DNA of 64,000 nucleotides from Vermamoeba vermiformis (lineage: Eukaryota): NCBI GenBank assembly GCA_045837725.1, contig JBEWZL010000300.1:496001-560000 (forward strand), given 5' to 3'. Both the position numbers and the translations under genes were made by a program. This document shows positions 50,151 to 63,280 of the stretch, piece after piece; the first letter of the stretch is position 1, and each line of letters begins with the position of its first letter. Under the pieces are notes generated by a model that saw nothing but the letters and a program-made list of their open reading frames with translations, made no database searches and was not told the DNA's origin.

Positions 50151-53100
50151 ATGCAACTCAAAACTGTAAGTAACGCCCAGTGATTTGTTTAATACTAATA
50201 CTTACTCGTCAAATCACTCATAGTCTTTTACTCGTTAATATTCATCCGCTCGTTGTCATCCAGTTACTAACGAAAGCTTTGCAGTTTTGCTTTGTGGTGC
50301 TCTTGGGCATTCTTGCCTTAACTTCCATCGCTTCAGCACAACCTGTAGCTGGTAAGTAGTAAATCAGCGTTGGGAGGCAGAATATTCAATAGAGTTTTGA
50401 TTCATCCAATTCGTCGATCTGATCTAATTCGCCTTTTTCGGACAGATCCGCCCGTGGTCGACAATACTCCTCAAGCCGATAATACCACGATAATCGACCC
50501 CACACCTCAGGTTGACACTACTCCTCAAGCTGATGCCCCGCAAGCCGATACCACACCTCAGGCCGACACAACGCCACAAGTCGATAACACTCCTCAAGTC
50601 GACACTACGCCACAAGTCGACACTACGCCACAAGCTGATACCACACCGCAGGCCGACACAACACCACAAGTCGATAACACTCCTCAAGCTGACACTACGC
50701 CACAAGCAGACAATACTCCTCAAGGCGACGCCGCTCCTCAGGTCGACACTACTCCTCAAGCCGACAACTCACCGCAAGTTGATAACTCGCCCCAAGTAGA
50801 CACTACCCCACAAGCAGATAATACTCCTCAAAGCGACAACGCTCCTCAGGTTGACACTACTCCTCAATCTGATGCCCCTCAAGGCGATAGCACACCTCAG
50901 GCCGACACAACGCCACAAGCCGACAGTACTCCTCAGGTCGACACTACTCCTCAAGCTGATGCCCCTCAAGGTGACAGCGCGCCTCAGGCTGATTCGCCAC
51001 AAGCCGACAATACTCCTCAAGTTGACGCACCTCAAGCCGACAACTCACCCCAGGTAGATAACACTCCTCAAAGCGACAACGCTCCTCAGGTTGACACTAC
51101 TCCTCAATCCGACACCCCCCAAGGTGATAGCGCACCTCAAACCGTCGATACCCCGCAGGCCGATACCACTCCTCAATCTGACACGCCTCAAGCTGATAAC
51201 ACACCGCAAGTCGATAACTCGCCTCAAGCCGATGCTCCTCAAAGCGACAACTCACCACAAGTTGATAACACACCTCAAGCTGATACCACGCCTCAAGGTG
51301 TCGATACCCCTCAAGCGAACTCACCTCAGGCCGACAATACCCCTCAAGTAGACAACTCGCCCCAAGTCGACAATACTCCTCAAAGCAGCGCTCCTCAAGC
51401 TGATGCTCCTCAAGGTGTCGATACTCCTCAAGCCGATAATACCCCTCAAGTCGATTCGCCTCAAGCTGACGCTCCTCAAGCCGATACCACCCCTCAAAGC
51501 ACCCCTCAAGGTGATAATGCTCCTCAAGACAACGCTCCGCAGGTCGACAACTCGCCTCAAGTCGATAACACTCCTCAAAGCACCCCTCAAAGCGACAACG
51601 CTCCTCAAGTAGACACCCCTCAAGGCGATAATGCGCCGCAGGTTGACAACTCGCCTCAAGTTGATGCTCCTCAAAGCACCAACACTCCTCAGGCTGATAA
51701 CACCCCTCAAAGCGACAACTCACCGCAAGTTGACACACCTCAGGCCCAATCACCTCAAGGAGATAATGCTCCTCAAGTCGATGCTCCTTTAGCGAACGAC
51801 AATAACGCCACCACTCCTGTCGGCGACTCTACTCCTCCTGTCGATGCTCCTCTCGCGGACAATGATAACAGCACCGTGCCTGTTGGCGATAATACTCCCG
51901 TCGGCGTTGACACACCTGTCGATGCTCCTCTTGCGGACAACGATAATAGTACCGTGCCGGTCGGTGACAATACTCCTGTCAGCGTTGATACTCCCGTCGA
52001 TGCACCGATCTTCGTCGATGTGCCAATCGCTTCGCCTGTCGTTTCTACTCCGCCCACTGCTCCTGTCGCAGCCCCAGTCAAGGCTCCCACTGCTGCTCCC
52101 ATCGCAGCTCCTGTTGCCGCTCCAGTCAAGGGACCAGTCTCTGCTCCTGTTACTGCCCCGACACCTGTTGCTGCCACTCCTGTCTTCGTTCCTCCAGCTC
52201 CTCAGTGTGGCAACGGTCTTGTCGAGCAAGGTGAACAATGTGACGGCGGCGCTAATTGCACCAACTGCCAATGTATTAATGGCGCTCTTCCCACCATGCC
52301 ATTCAGTCGTGGCTGCCTTGTCCGTGCTTGCGGCAACGGCAACCTTGACTTTGGTGAGCAATGCGATGGTGGACAAAACTGCACAAGCAACTGCAATTGC
52401 GCAGCAGGCTCTGTTCCAACAGTTCCTCCTTCCGCTGCTTGCACTTTGTGCGGCAACGGCAGAGTCGACTCTGGTGAAGATTGTGATGGTGGCAACTTCT
52501 GTGTGTCGTGCAAGTGTGCTTCTGGCTTCCAATCATCTGCTGACGGATCATGCACACCAATCATTCCTCCCAAGAATGCTCAAGTCGTTCCCATTCTTGA
52601 GTGCTTCAAGCCAGCATCGAACGGTTTCTTCACTGCATTCGTTGGATGGAACAACCTTGACGGCAAGAATCAAACCATTCCTAAGGGCGAGCTCAACTTT
52701 TTCACGCCTGTCACCCCCACCACGACCAGCGACGTTACCGTCTTCGCTCCTGACCTTCACATCGGCTATCCTTCGTCGCCCATCATATTGACGTGGTCAG
52801 CAGACACCACAGTGCTCACATGGAAGTTGTCTGACTTTGCTCTCGTCATTGACACCACCAACGCTGCTGCCAAGTGCCCTGGAGATGTCACGCTCAAGAT
52901 CTCGCTTCAAGTTGAAGGTAGCTCTGCCACTTTGACTCCTCAACAACAAATCGACTTGACGTTGAAGTTCGCTGAACTCCTTGGCGTGTCTCCTGCTCGT
53001 TTGACTGTCATCGTCGACCTCGTGGTCGCTACTAAGCGCGCGACCAGCTCAAACCTGTCGTTCTTGGTGACTGTGGCACCTCCTGTTGCCAACACAACTG

Positions 53101-53414
53101 TGGCGCAGCAATCTACCGCTGATGCCGTGAGCTCATTCCTCACCCGTCTCGACACTGACAACTCGTTCTTGAAGACCGCTGTCAAGGATACCGTTAATTT
53201 GACCGTGCAATCGGCTTCAGTCACACCTCAACCCTTGCCCACCATTCAAACAGCCAAGACTGGCGTTACTGTGCCTGTTCCTCCCTCAGTCGCCACACCG
53301 ACGAATGTACCTGTCGAAGCAGGCTCACGACCTCCTCGTGATTCAGTTTCAAGCTCGTCAGTGCTTGTTCCATTGAGCTCAATTGCTCTTTTTGTTTTAT
53401 ACTCTCTTTTTTGA
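50151..53414 (+). CDS. Paralogous mucin-like surface glycoprotein with Cys-rich repeats and a GPI-type tail
   Basis: MQLKT|FCFVVLLGILALTSIASA signal peptide; two 5' introns as in the paralogue; (A/V)D(T/N)TPQ repeats; the C-terminal ~450 aa are highly similar to 45330-46689. Confidence 0.88.
50455..51785 (+). repeat. Coding 15-18-nt tandem repeat, xD(T/N)(T/S/A)PQ
   Basis: Dozens of degenerate cctcaag(c/t)(c/t)ga(c/t)a(a/c) units in a single reading frame. Confidence 0.9.
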
Positions 53415-53530
53415 GCACAATAAACCGATAATACGAGTTTAAAATAGCTCTCGTGATTTGATTTATCGCAAGATTTGTATTTAAATTTCGCTATTTACAA
53501 AATTACAAAGTTCGCAACTCCTTAATTGCG

Positions 53531-54707
53531 CTAAACATTAGGATTTTGTACTAATTGCATTCCGTCCAACGGAAAATCGCAATTAGGGCATCTCAATCCT
53601 GGTATGTTCGGTCCTAACGGCTGGCCAGTCGCAGAATTGGTCACCAGCACATTAGTGTTGTTACCAGATTCGCTGCTGAATTCGTCGGGCTCAACTAAAG
53701 TTAAATCAGCGGTCAACCTTTGCAGCTCTTCCTGATTTTTGCTAACAGCGCTGTCGTACTCAGGAAGCTGCTTTAAGTGCACAAGTGCATCGTAGATCTC
53801 TCGGTACTTTGTATTTTCTTCTGTTTGTAAAGCGAACAGGTAGCTGGCCAAGTCGAAGTCATGGGCACTTTTGTTCCAATGAGCCTTATTGTTTTTGACA
53901 AATGCGAGCAGCGACCCCAACTCCATTTTTGCCTTCGCTTTGAACAGTGCGCAGAACTGAATATCTCCTTGATAGAGCTTCAGGTACTGCACGTACGTTC
54001 CTATTGTTACCCAATTGTTGTCGAGGGTGGGCCCTGGATATTTCGGTAAAAGCTCCTTGCAAACCTAAACCGCAGCAGATAAATCAGCAAGTTCCAACGA
54101 TATCAAACTTAACTTACCACAGAAAGAAACTTTTGTACCAAACCGCGCAAAACAAGCATCCTTTTGCTTGAGACAGTTCGCCGGACTAAGTTCTGGTTTC
54201 AATTAGTAAACATTAGCTAAAGTTACTTCGCAGCGAATGTTTTAAACTTACGACGCTGGCAAGTTTTGTGTTTCTAACGGCAGCGATTTCTCCTTTGAGT
54301 TCTGTGTTTGATTTCGTCAACGAAGCCACTTCCGTCTCTAAAGCTGCGTTAGCCTCAATTAGGCCTGCCTCGGATTTCTTCAACGAAGCCACTTCCGTCT
54401 TCAACGAAGCCACTTCCGTCTCCAACGAAGTCACTTTTGTCTCCAACGAAGTCACTTTCGTCTTCGAGTCTGCCTCGGATTTCTTCAACGAAGCCACTTC
54501 CGTCTCTAAAGCTGCGTTAGCTTCAATTGGCCTGCCTCGGATTTCTTCAACGAAGCCACTTCCGTCTTCAACGAAGTCACTTCCGTCTTCGAGTCCTGCC
54601 TCCACTGCGTAGGATTTCTTCAACGAAGTCACTTCCTGAAAGCCTTTTTCAAGAACGTCCATTCTTGCAAAAAGTTGTTTCATTAAAGTTGCGCTTTCAT
54701 CGCTCAT
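53531..54707 (-). CDS. Coiled-coil heptad-repeat protein with a C-terminal CxxC; multi-exon
   Basis: MSDESATLMKQLFARMDVLE...; 21-nt repeats (E/K)TEVASL; GT-AG introns near 54250, 54115 and 53995; last exon ends LRCPNCDFPLDG...NV*. Confidence 0.7.
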
Positions 54708-55209
54708 GTGATACTAGCTTCCTGCTGCAGGAAATCGCGTGGCTACCCCCCTTGACATTGTTGATTTTTTTATGATTTTTCCTTGGCTTCCGGCGTTAAA
54801 TTGGCTGGCCAAACTAAGTGCTTGATTCGGATTCAGATTCGATCTGGGAAGGAAGGTTTGGCTCAGAGAAGCGCAGAGGCCGCAAAGATCTTTGGGGCAA
54901 GTGGAATCTTTCCGTGAGTGGTTTTCGGCTTAGGTGTGTTGTGTAATGAACCGCGAAAAGTTTCGTTTGTTGTTTTTTGCAGGACGTTATAAGGCCTATG
55001 AACGGGACAGACAATAGCGGTAATGAATTGAGCGAATCCAACTAAATTTTGAGCTCGTAACTGCACAGTTTTAATTACAAAATTGACATAAAACAACTTC
55101 TTCGCAGCGTTTGTGTTAGATATTGTGCTATTCGTGATAATAGCCGAGCCAGACTGTAACGAAAATCCAAAAGCAATATCGAACCAAAACACTCTAGTAT
55201 GGCCACCTG

Positions 55210-57521
55210 TTATTTTTTCTTCAACATTTTGGCGTAATAACCCTTTGCCGACCTGAGTTGCTCGTGATTTCCACTCTCGACGATTTGACCTCGATGCACT
55301 ACGTAGATCTGGTCGACGTTTTGCACGGAGGACAATCGATGGGTTACCACGACAGTTGTAATGTCTTTTGATAGGGAGTCAATAGTACGTTGAATATGAG
55401 CTTCGCTTTGAGCGTCTAAGGCTGAAGAGGCCTCATCGAATAACAACAGCTTAGGCTTTCTTACGAGCGCACGAGCAATGGCTATGCGTTGCTTTTGTCC
55501 ACCGCTGAAATCGGAGGTCAGTTCCGAACGATGTTGTTAAATCGTTTTTTATACCTTAGATTACTGCCTAAATCGCTAATCATGCAGTCGTAGCCTTTGT
55601 CAAGTTGAATGATAAAGTCATGGGCACCGGCCATCTGAACAGAAAAATCAGCATTTTTGATGTTTTGACACGTGTCAGTACGCACCTTTGAAGCCTCAAT
55701 GACATCTTCTAACGATGCGTTGGGACATCCCAAGCATATATTATCGCTGATGGTGCCTTCGAATAGCACGGGCTCTTGTCCAACGTACCCAATCTGACTG
55801 CGATATTCACGCAAGTCAACTGACTTCAGGTCACTGTCACCAACTTTAATGACACCTTAAAAAAGGTCAGAACACGAGAACGATATGCCACATGAAACTT
55901 ACCTGAAGTGGGGTCATATAGCCTCAAAATTAGCTTGATTATCGTACTCTTGCCGCTACCACTTTTGCCGACTACAAGAACATGATGAGCCGCGTTGAAA
56001 TTTCATTGTCGCTAGCAGTACGTACCAAAAGCAGTCGCTTTGCCTTTTTCTAACTACAGGCCTCATACGTTAGTATTAATATACCTATAATTAGAAACCA
56101 TACCTTAAAAGAGACGTTCTTCAGCGCAGAGACTGTCGGTCTAGACGGATATTTGAACTTCACTGAGTCAAAAGTAATGTCTTGATCCAGTGTGACTTGA
56201 CTTCCTTTTTCGCGCACATCAACCGCAGGCTTACTAATATAGGATGTTAGATCGCCTTATACAGGACATTCATATTAGTACTATTTTACCTTTTGATTAC
56301 TGCAAGAATACCAACGGCTACGCCTTTAGCGGATGCGATAATAGAGTTGACCGATAACAACTCAGCCCATCCATTAGCAGCTATAACACTGCTCACGAAT
56401 ATACTAAGCGCATCTCCAGCCCGCAATTTACCGCTGATAATCAGTGTAACGGCGTACCAGAATCCAACACAGTACGATGCTATTGCAATTAATAACAGGA
56501 GGCCCTAATGAATTATATGAGTTAATAAATAAATATACGATAATGTGCTTACCCTTGTAACCCCGTTTAAATGACCTTTGAGCACATCCGCTTTAATTAA
56601 CGGATCGATTGACTTTTCATACTTGGTTATGAACCTTCATATTTATATCAATAAATGAGAGTGTATATAAAGATGGACTTACTCTTCGTGTACGTTCAAC
56701 GATTGAACTGTTTTGTGAGCTGAAATAGTTTCAGCGACGTGTCCGTTCAGCTTAGATTGGTGTTGCACAATGCGCCGTGTTAGCTTAGAGACGAGAATAG
56801 ACTGAGTTATAGCCACTGATATGATCAGGGGTGTTAACGAGAGCATCACCTAATAAACAGTAAGTCAGATCTGGTCCGTTACAAATTATTGCATTGAAGA
56901 ACTTACTAGAGTCATGTCCCAGCCATTATAAATAGATACTACAAGTCCTACTCCGACGCTCGAAAAACTCGCTAAAAATGTCGTTGGCACTTCAAGGCCT
57001 CCTTGCAGTGTAGAGAAGTTGCTCGCCATCTTCGTCAGCAAAATTCCATTTGAATTCGTTTCATAAAACGCAGCCTAAAGAGTGGGGTTCAATATCATTG
57101 ATATCTTTTTTAGATGAGGACTCACGTCTTGATAGATAAGCGAGCGGTAAAATTTCAGTTTCAGTACACGCAAGATCCGCTGTACAACTACCGTCCATAA
57201 AAAGATCGATAAGTACTTGCAGACCATGCCACCGACACCAAGAGCAATCCATATGATGATGTAATCCTTCGCTGTCGCTTCAATTGCATTTACATCCTTT
57301 TCGTAAAAGCTGTTAAAAAGACGACCGAAGAAAAGCGAGAAGATCTGCGTTACAGCTCCACCCGCGAGCGCAAAAATCGATCCTGTAAGCACCAAGCGTT
57401 AGATTATATCCTACGTTACTATCTTAAGGTAGTTACCTAGCACTATCAGCCAAGTGTCAGACGGATTTGTGAACAGAAGTTTCCAATAGGAAACCGGCTG
57501 GTGTTTCTCGTTTTGTTTCAT
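55210..57521 (-). CDS. ABCB (MDR/TAP family) half transporter, TMD-NBD
   Basis: [25 protein letters not shown]...; FKYPSRPTV; Walker [25 protein letters not shown]; signature [27 protein letters not shown]-loop THRLSSV. Confidence 0.92.
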
Positions 57522-57748
57522 TTTCGAAAATTGATTGAAGCCGTTTTCCTAGCGCTCGAGGATAAATAGTCCTGGTGCCTCCCTGCTCGGAGAAGTTCTC
57601 TTCCGTGAAATCTACCTATCTGCACCAAAAATAAGAAAACTTGCCTTTTATGGATAAGAATTTGCTGTAGAAAATCATTATTTTTTTGCGCGTTTTAACG
57701 TTAAATTGTTTTTAAGTGTCATTATTTTGTGAAGGCGAACAAGCACAA

Positions 57749-60093
57749 ATGGCTGAAAAAGGTTCGTAAATCCGGATTTCGTTAACTCCATCTTACCAAG
57801 TTCCGCAGTACATTCGCTCCGGTTGTCGAATACTCTTCGCCTAATAAGGGTTGGCCTTGTGTCGCCTTTATCGCGTGGATCTTTGCTATTGTACGGCTCT
57901 TGGTTTTTGATCTTGCTTCACAGCGGATTCCTGTTTCTAACTGGTCCATTGGTAAGCATGAGTCGAATCACTGAGCTACTACTTACAGCTTGATAGGTGA
58001 AAGAAGTAGCATGCCTAGTCACGTGCAATTGTAGCGGCGCAGAAGGGATCTTGAGCATCCGAAAGCTAGTGATCTACTTAATTATCACTACTGCGGTGCT
58101 TTTGTTCGCCTTAGTATCACAATCACTATCTAGGTATCTCGGTAAGAAGATCTACTAGTAATCATAATTAAGCTAACGATTCTAACGATAACCTTAACAG
58201 CAAAAAGAGCCGGTCTGCATATGCGAAAAAATCTCGTTTTAAAATTGCACGAGAACTATTTGCAAGATAAACATTTTTACGATATAATTTATAAAGAGAA
58301 GACAGTCGTAAGTTCCAAAAAAATTACACTTAGCGATCTCAAAATAAGAAACTTACCTTTTTAGGACAATCCCGATCAACGCATAACATCTGATGTGCAT
58401 GATTTCGTCGAAAATACCATCTCTTTGCAGTCCAATATTATTTCTGCGATCCGTAAGTGAGACACCGTCTTCTGCTAAACCCCAAATTAATATTCATTAT
58501 CTAGTGTCAATTGGCGTTTATACCTACCAAACCCTATCAACGCTAGGCTTATTTGCACTTGTAGTACCATTCACGTAAGTCCTACCGATCACTTACAAGC
58601 ATTCACCATTGATAACAATCTTATCAGGTGGTGTTTCCTCGGCGGGCTTGTTAGTTACTTTCTAGCACGAAGAGTACCTTCAGTAGAATACGCATTAGAA
58701 AAGCGAGAAGGTAACCTTCGTTTCTCGCACATGCGCGTCCGTACTTACGCCGAATCGATTGCCTTTTTTGGCGGTGAGACTCAGGAAAAAGCTACTGTAG
58801 ACACCGTAAGCAAATCGTCAGATTGTTTATATTGCTTGCTTACTTATTGCCTTCTGTAGCAAATCGGCGATGTCATTAGAACCAACGTCAAACTTTATAA
58901 CAGACTCTTGAGCTTGCAAATCGTTCAAAATGTCTTGAGCTCCGGATCCGTCATGATTCCTTACGTCAGTAAGTTCTGTTACGAACTATTGACACCGATT
59001 ATTAACATCTATTGCAGTACCTTTGATCGGCTTCATCAATTCCAACAAGTGCACGCTGAGCACCGGTGATTTAGTGTTCATGATTAGTGTGGTGAGAAAT
59101 CTCGTGCAAGAGCTGACTAACTTGCCCGAGAACTTTTCGACGTTCGGTACACTTGGTGGATTGGCTGCTCGAGTTGGTAAGCGTTAACAAGTACATTTTT
59201 CGAATGAAGTGCTTACTTTGTAATGTTCGTAGGACAATTGTATGACGTGCTTGAAGAGCTAATCAAGAAGAACAAGTCCGAAGACATTGTGTCAGTGCGC
59301 GAATCGGACTACATTGCGCTCGACAATGTTGACGTGACGGCACCTGGCGGCCAATTGTTAATCAAGAGCCTGTCTTTCACTGTAGATAAAGGGCAAAGTA
59401 TCGTCATTACGGGTCCGAGGTGAGTAGCTGTCATAGTGTAAAGTTGACCCAGGTCGCTAACTTTCTCCAGCGGTGTTGGCAAGAGCTCTATTCTCAAGAC
59501 TATTGCCGGCTTATGGAACACTAAGATCGGTACAGTGTATAGACCATCTCTTAATTGGTCTCAAATATTCTTCGTGCCTCAAAGGTAAGCATTAGTCAAG
59601 TATAAAGGAAGACTACTAATCTTGATTCAAGATCTTACCTCGGAGTCGGAACTTTACGCCAACAAATCATGTATCCGAAACACGAAGACAACTCTGTGCT
59701 CGACTTCCACTTATTTGACATTATGCGCCAAGTTGGATTGATGGACCTGCTCAAAAAGTACGTTACTATTGTAAAGTTGGACCTAGATCTTACTCACCAC
59801 AACCATTTAGATACACTTTGGATAGCGAAATCGTATGGGAAGAAGTGTTGAGCCCTGGTGAGTCACAACGAATTGGATTTGCACGTGTATTATTCCATAA
59901 GCCACAGTACGTGTTCCTCGACGAAAGCACGAGCGCGTTGGATCTGGAAACTGAAAGAATGTGCATGGAAGCTTGTCTAGATATAGGTGCAACGTTAATT
60001 AGTATCGCACATCGCCCGACAGTTATTCCGTATCATAAGATCCAACTCGAAGTGCGGTCAGATCAGTCGTATGTTGTAAAGAATATTAACTAA
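57749..60093 (+). CDS. ABCD (peroxisomal fatty-acyl-CoA) half transporter
   Basis: DNPDQRITSDV; EAA loop EGNLRFSHMRVRTYAESIAFFGGE; Walker A GPSGVGKSS; FFVPQ; LSPGESQRIGFARVLFHKP; LDESTSALD; ISIAHR. Confidence 0.93.
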
Positions 60094-60145
60094 AATAAAC
60101 GGTTTATTAGTAATAAAACCTCATAATATAACATATTAACATTAT

Positions 60146-62169
60146 TTACAAACCACAAAATATTTGTGGCGAATCACCTGCGAGCAATAAATCAACATCA
60201 ACATCGCTGAAGTCAATGTTGTTCGAGTACGTTACAATCCCGTCGTTAATATTATTGCTGCTATTGTGGCCAGTATATACGTAGGACCTGCCGTCTCCGA
60301 TAGAAATACTGGCAAACAACGCCGCACATCTATCAAGATACGTTTTTAACGTCGTGTTCAGACCCCTGGATCCAGCGTTAAAAATTTATTGCCCAAATAT
60401 GGTAATATTACTTACTTATTCCACCGTTCAGCTTGTTCATCATGTAATTTCAGTAATTGAGTTTTGACCGAAGCACCGAGCGGAAGTTTGAAATTTGCCT
60501 CGAAGATCTTCACTACATTGTTGAATTTGTCCAGCTTTCTCAGGAAAAGATATAATTGTGCTAGCATCACAAAAGCCGAAATAAAGTACAGAAGGATGAA
60601 GGTCTTCGATCGTTGTTGCTCAAAGGTCATATCAGCGATCTACATCCGGTGACTAACGTTTAAACGAGTGTAAGTGACCGTACCTTTTCAGCAGCATCTT
60701 CAAATCCTCCTAAAAGCACTATCCATGCTTTGCACACGTGCATATAATCGGCAGAATAAGCACTGGCATTAGAAGTTAAAAGAAACTCTTTTTGTTTGAT
60801 TGGATCGCGCACATGCTTACGTTACAGCTGAGGTACTAACCACGTAGTCTATTTCGAATAAATATCTGTTGACCAACTCTTCCGATAGTTGAGGCGAATC
60901 TGAGTGCCAATACTCGACTAACGCTTCGAGCCAAAGCCTGTTGACTTGGATCCCGCTCAATAACGACTGACGATGATAATTATCGTCAAAAGGCAACGAC
61001 ATTTCAGCTTTTTGACAAATTTGGCGAAGTGTTTCTAACCGTTGTTCTCTGTGGGTATGTAAGTTAGTTTTTTTGAAGCAGATCGAGCCCGAGACTTACA
61101 CGTGCAATGGTCTGGCTGCACTAATAGAGCTGACGACGTAGATGTGACTAATATCCACCCAAGGACACTTAATATTCTCTTCTAATAACGATTGCGCAAA
61201 AGTCCTTGCTATAAGTCCGTGGTAGCGAGCCTAAGATCCCGCGTTACAACGTTTTAAAAATTAGTTGCTACGTACTTTCTCAAACTCTGCAAAGATTAAG
61301 TGGCTTTTAGACAGCAAAAAATGAGCGGCTACAACGAGTGAATTGACGGTATGAATTTTTTGCAGCAATTTTCGACCCATTTTCATCATTGGGGAAGCTT
61401 CGGTGCCCTTGCCTGCAGCATATGCTCCGACAGCTAGCATGAGGTACATCAGCATCTTATAGGAGGGGTCTATAATTATATTAGTGCTGTTCTCATTTAA
61501 AGTTGCTAGACTTACCAGGCTGATCGCGTAAAAGTGCTGGATCGCAAAACGCTGGTTGTACCCTAAATGTTGAAAATAATTTCTCTTTGTACATCGCAAC
61601 GTAATGGCGCCACTCTTGAAGCGAACATATTATACGAGGAGAATCCTGTATATTATTTTAGCTTAAGAAATAATAACGCCAATTTACCTACCTTTTTGCT
61701 CTTGGTTTCTTTTGCTTCGTATTCGTTTAATAACCTTGTTTTCTCCTCCAATTGCGCTGTTAATACTTCAATCGTCGCTTTTAGCTCTTCTACTTGTCCT
61801 GTATATACGGCGTTAAAAAAAATATTGAGATCATGGTGGATCGTACCAGCTGCTAACCCTCGCTTTTTTTGTTGTCCATAAAAACAAATTCCTTGTAGGC
61901 CATGCTCAACGCATCGTTTACACGGCAATTCTCCGCTACCTAAAAGATTTTCGAAATTACTAAATTATCTGGTGGTTAGGTGATAACACTCTAGCTTGTT
62001 CTCCAGATCCAGATATGTATTATTATGCACTAGAAATACTCATCTTATTTTTCGTACATTTGATATGCTTAGATCGGCAGTTAGTGCACGCGTTGGAAGC
62101 AACTGTAGTTCTTTGCTTCTTACGAGGTGGTTCCTCACTCGTATCAGTATCCTCGCGCTGCCGCGACAT
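60146..62169 (-). CDS. Zn(II)2Cys6 binuclear-cluster transcription factor
   Basis: Basic NLS PPRKKQR, then ACTNCRSKHIKC|SGELPCKRCVEHGLQGICFY...KKRG (C-x2-C-x6-C-x5-C-x2-C-x8-C), a coiled coil, a helical middle region and an acidic C-terminus. Confidence 0.85.
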
Positions 62170-62297
62170 ATTTCAAATAAATATCAACTAAAACAAGTCA
62201 TTTGTTGTCTTCTGTCTGCTGAAATTAGCTTGAGTGAATCCACGACACAAAAATTGATAGTAACTGTACAGTTTATAATTACAAGAATGAAACAAAA

Positions 62298-63090
62298 CTA
62301 TTTCTTAGCGGTATTCGTATTAGACGGTGCGCTAGTAGCTTCTTTAGTGGTAGACGAAGTTTGTTTTTTAGATTTGGCTTGAGCAGCTTGTGTAGCAGCT
62401 TGTGTTAATTCTTCTGAAGGTTTAGCTAACAATTGTTTTTCCTTTTCTTCTTGTTGCGCTCGTTTTTCTTCTAATTTCACTGCGCGTTGCTTCAATTTCG
62501 TCATCCGTTGGTTCATATTCGCCATTTCTTTCTTCAACGTTTGTAATTTGCTCATATAAAGCGGAATTTTCGCAAACTAAATACATTATAATATTAATAA
62601 ATGCCTTAGCATTCCACTAGAACGAGTTTCAGATCTTGCAACACGTGATCTTGATTGCTTACCGCGTCAAACACTTCAGGATTATATGACTTTAATGCCT
62701 CTACAAGTTGTTCATTTTCTTTAGTTAATTTATCGATCCAGTTTTGTTGGCTTTGGCTGTAAGAAAATTAGAAAAAAATAAATTAGAAAAAATCTTCAAA
62801 TAATTGCAAATATTCTCTTACTCTAATTCCTCGATGTGTTTATTAATGTACTCAATAGGAACGTTGAAAGAGTCCATAAAGGCTTTTGTCAGATCCTCAA
62901 TGGCATTTATGTCTATAATTAACCAGTTATTAATCCGCGCATTGATTCGCGCATTGATAACAAGATAATTAATTATTGAATATAATTATGTTGGTAAGAT
63001 TCCGGATTTGCACAAATAAAAAAATCTACCTGTTTGAGTTTGTTCAAGCACTTTTGCTTGATCTTCGATCGACTTATTAAGCTCTGCCAT
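62298..63090 (-). CDS. BLOC1S6: BLOC-1 subunit 6 (pallidin)-like protein, Snapin/Pallidin family
   Basis: FAKIPLYMSKLQTLKKEMANMNQRMTKLKQRAVKLEEKR...EKEKQLLAKP parallels pallidin YHAKLVNIRKEM...KLKKRALKLQQKR...EREKQLTARP. Confidence 0.72.
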
Positions 63091-63280
63091 GATAATTATA
63101 TAGCGTTTGTAGTGTTCAATGACCGTTTCGTGCCAAGCTGCTTCCGGGGTTTTGGCTAGCAAAAATAAATGTTTTGACAACCAAATTCTGCGTGCTCGCT
63201 GGCCTTCTTCTTAGCTATACGTGTATTATTAGACAACAGTGTATTATATTTGTAAATTTATGGGCGATTAAATAAGCGAA

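Noticed and set aside
50455-51785. Short regularly spaced repeats suggestive of a CRISPR array (also 54300-54640 and 17985-18305)
   Set aside because: Unit lengths are multiples of 3, variation is codon-like, there are no unique spacers, and they lie inside eukaryotic ORFs.
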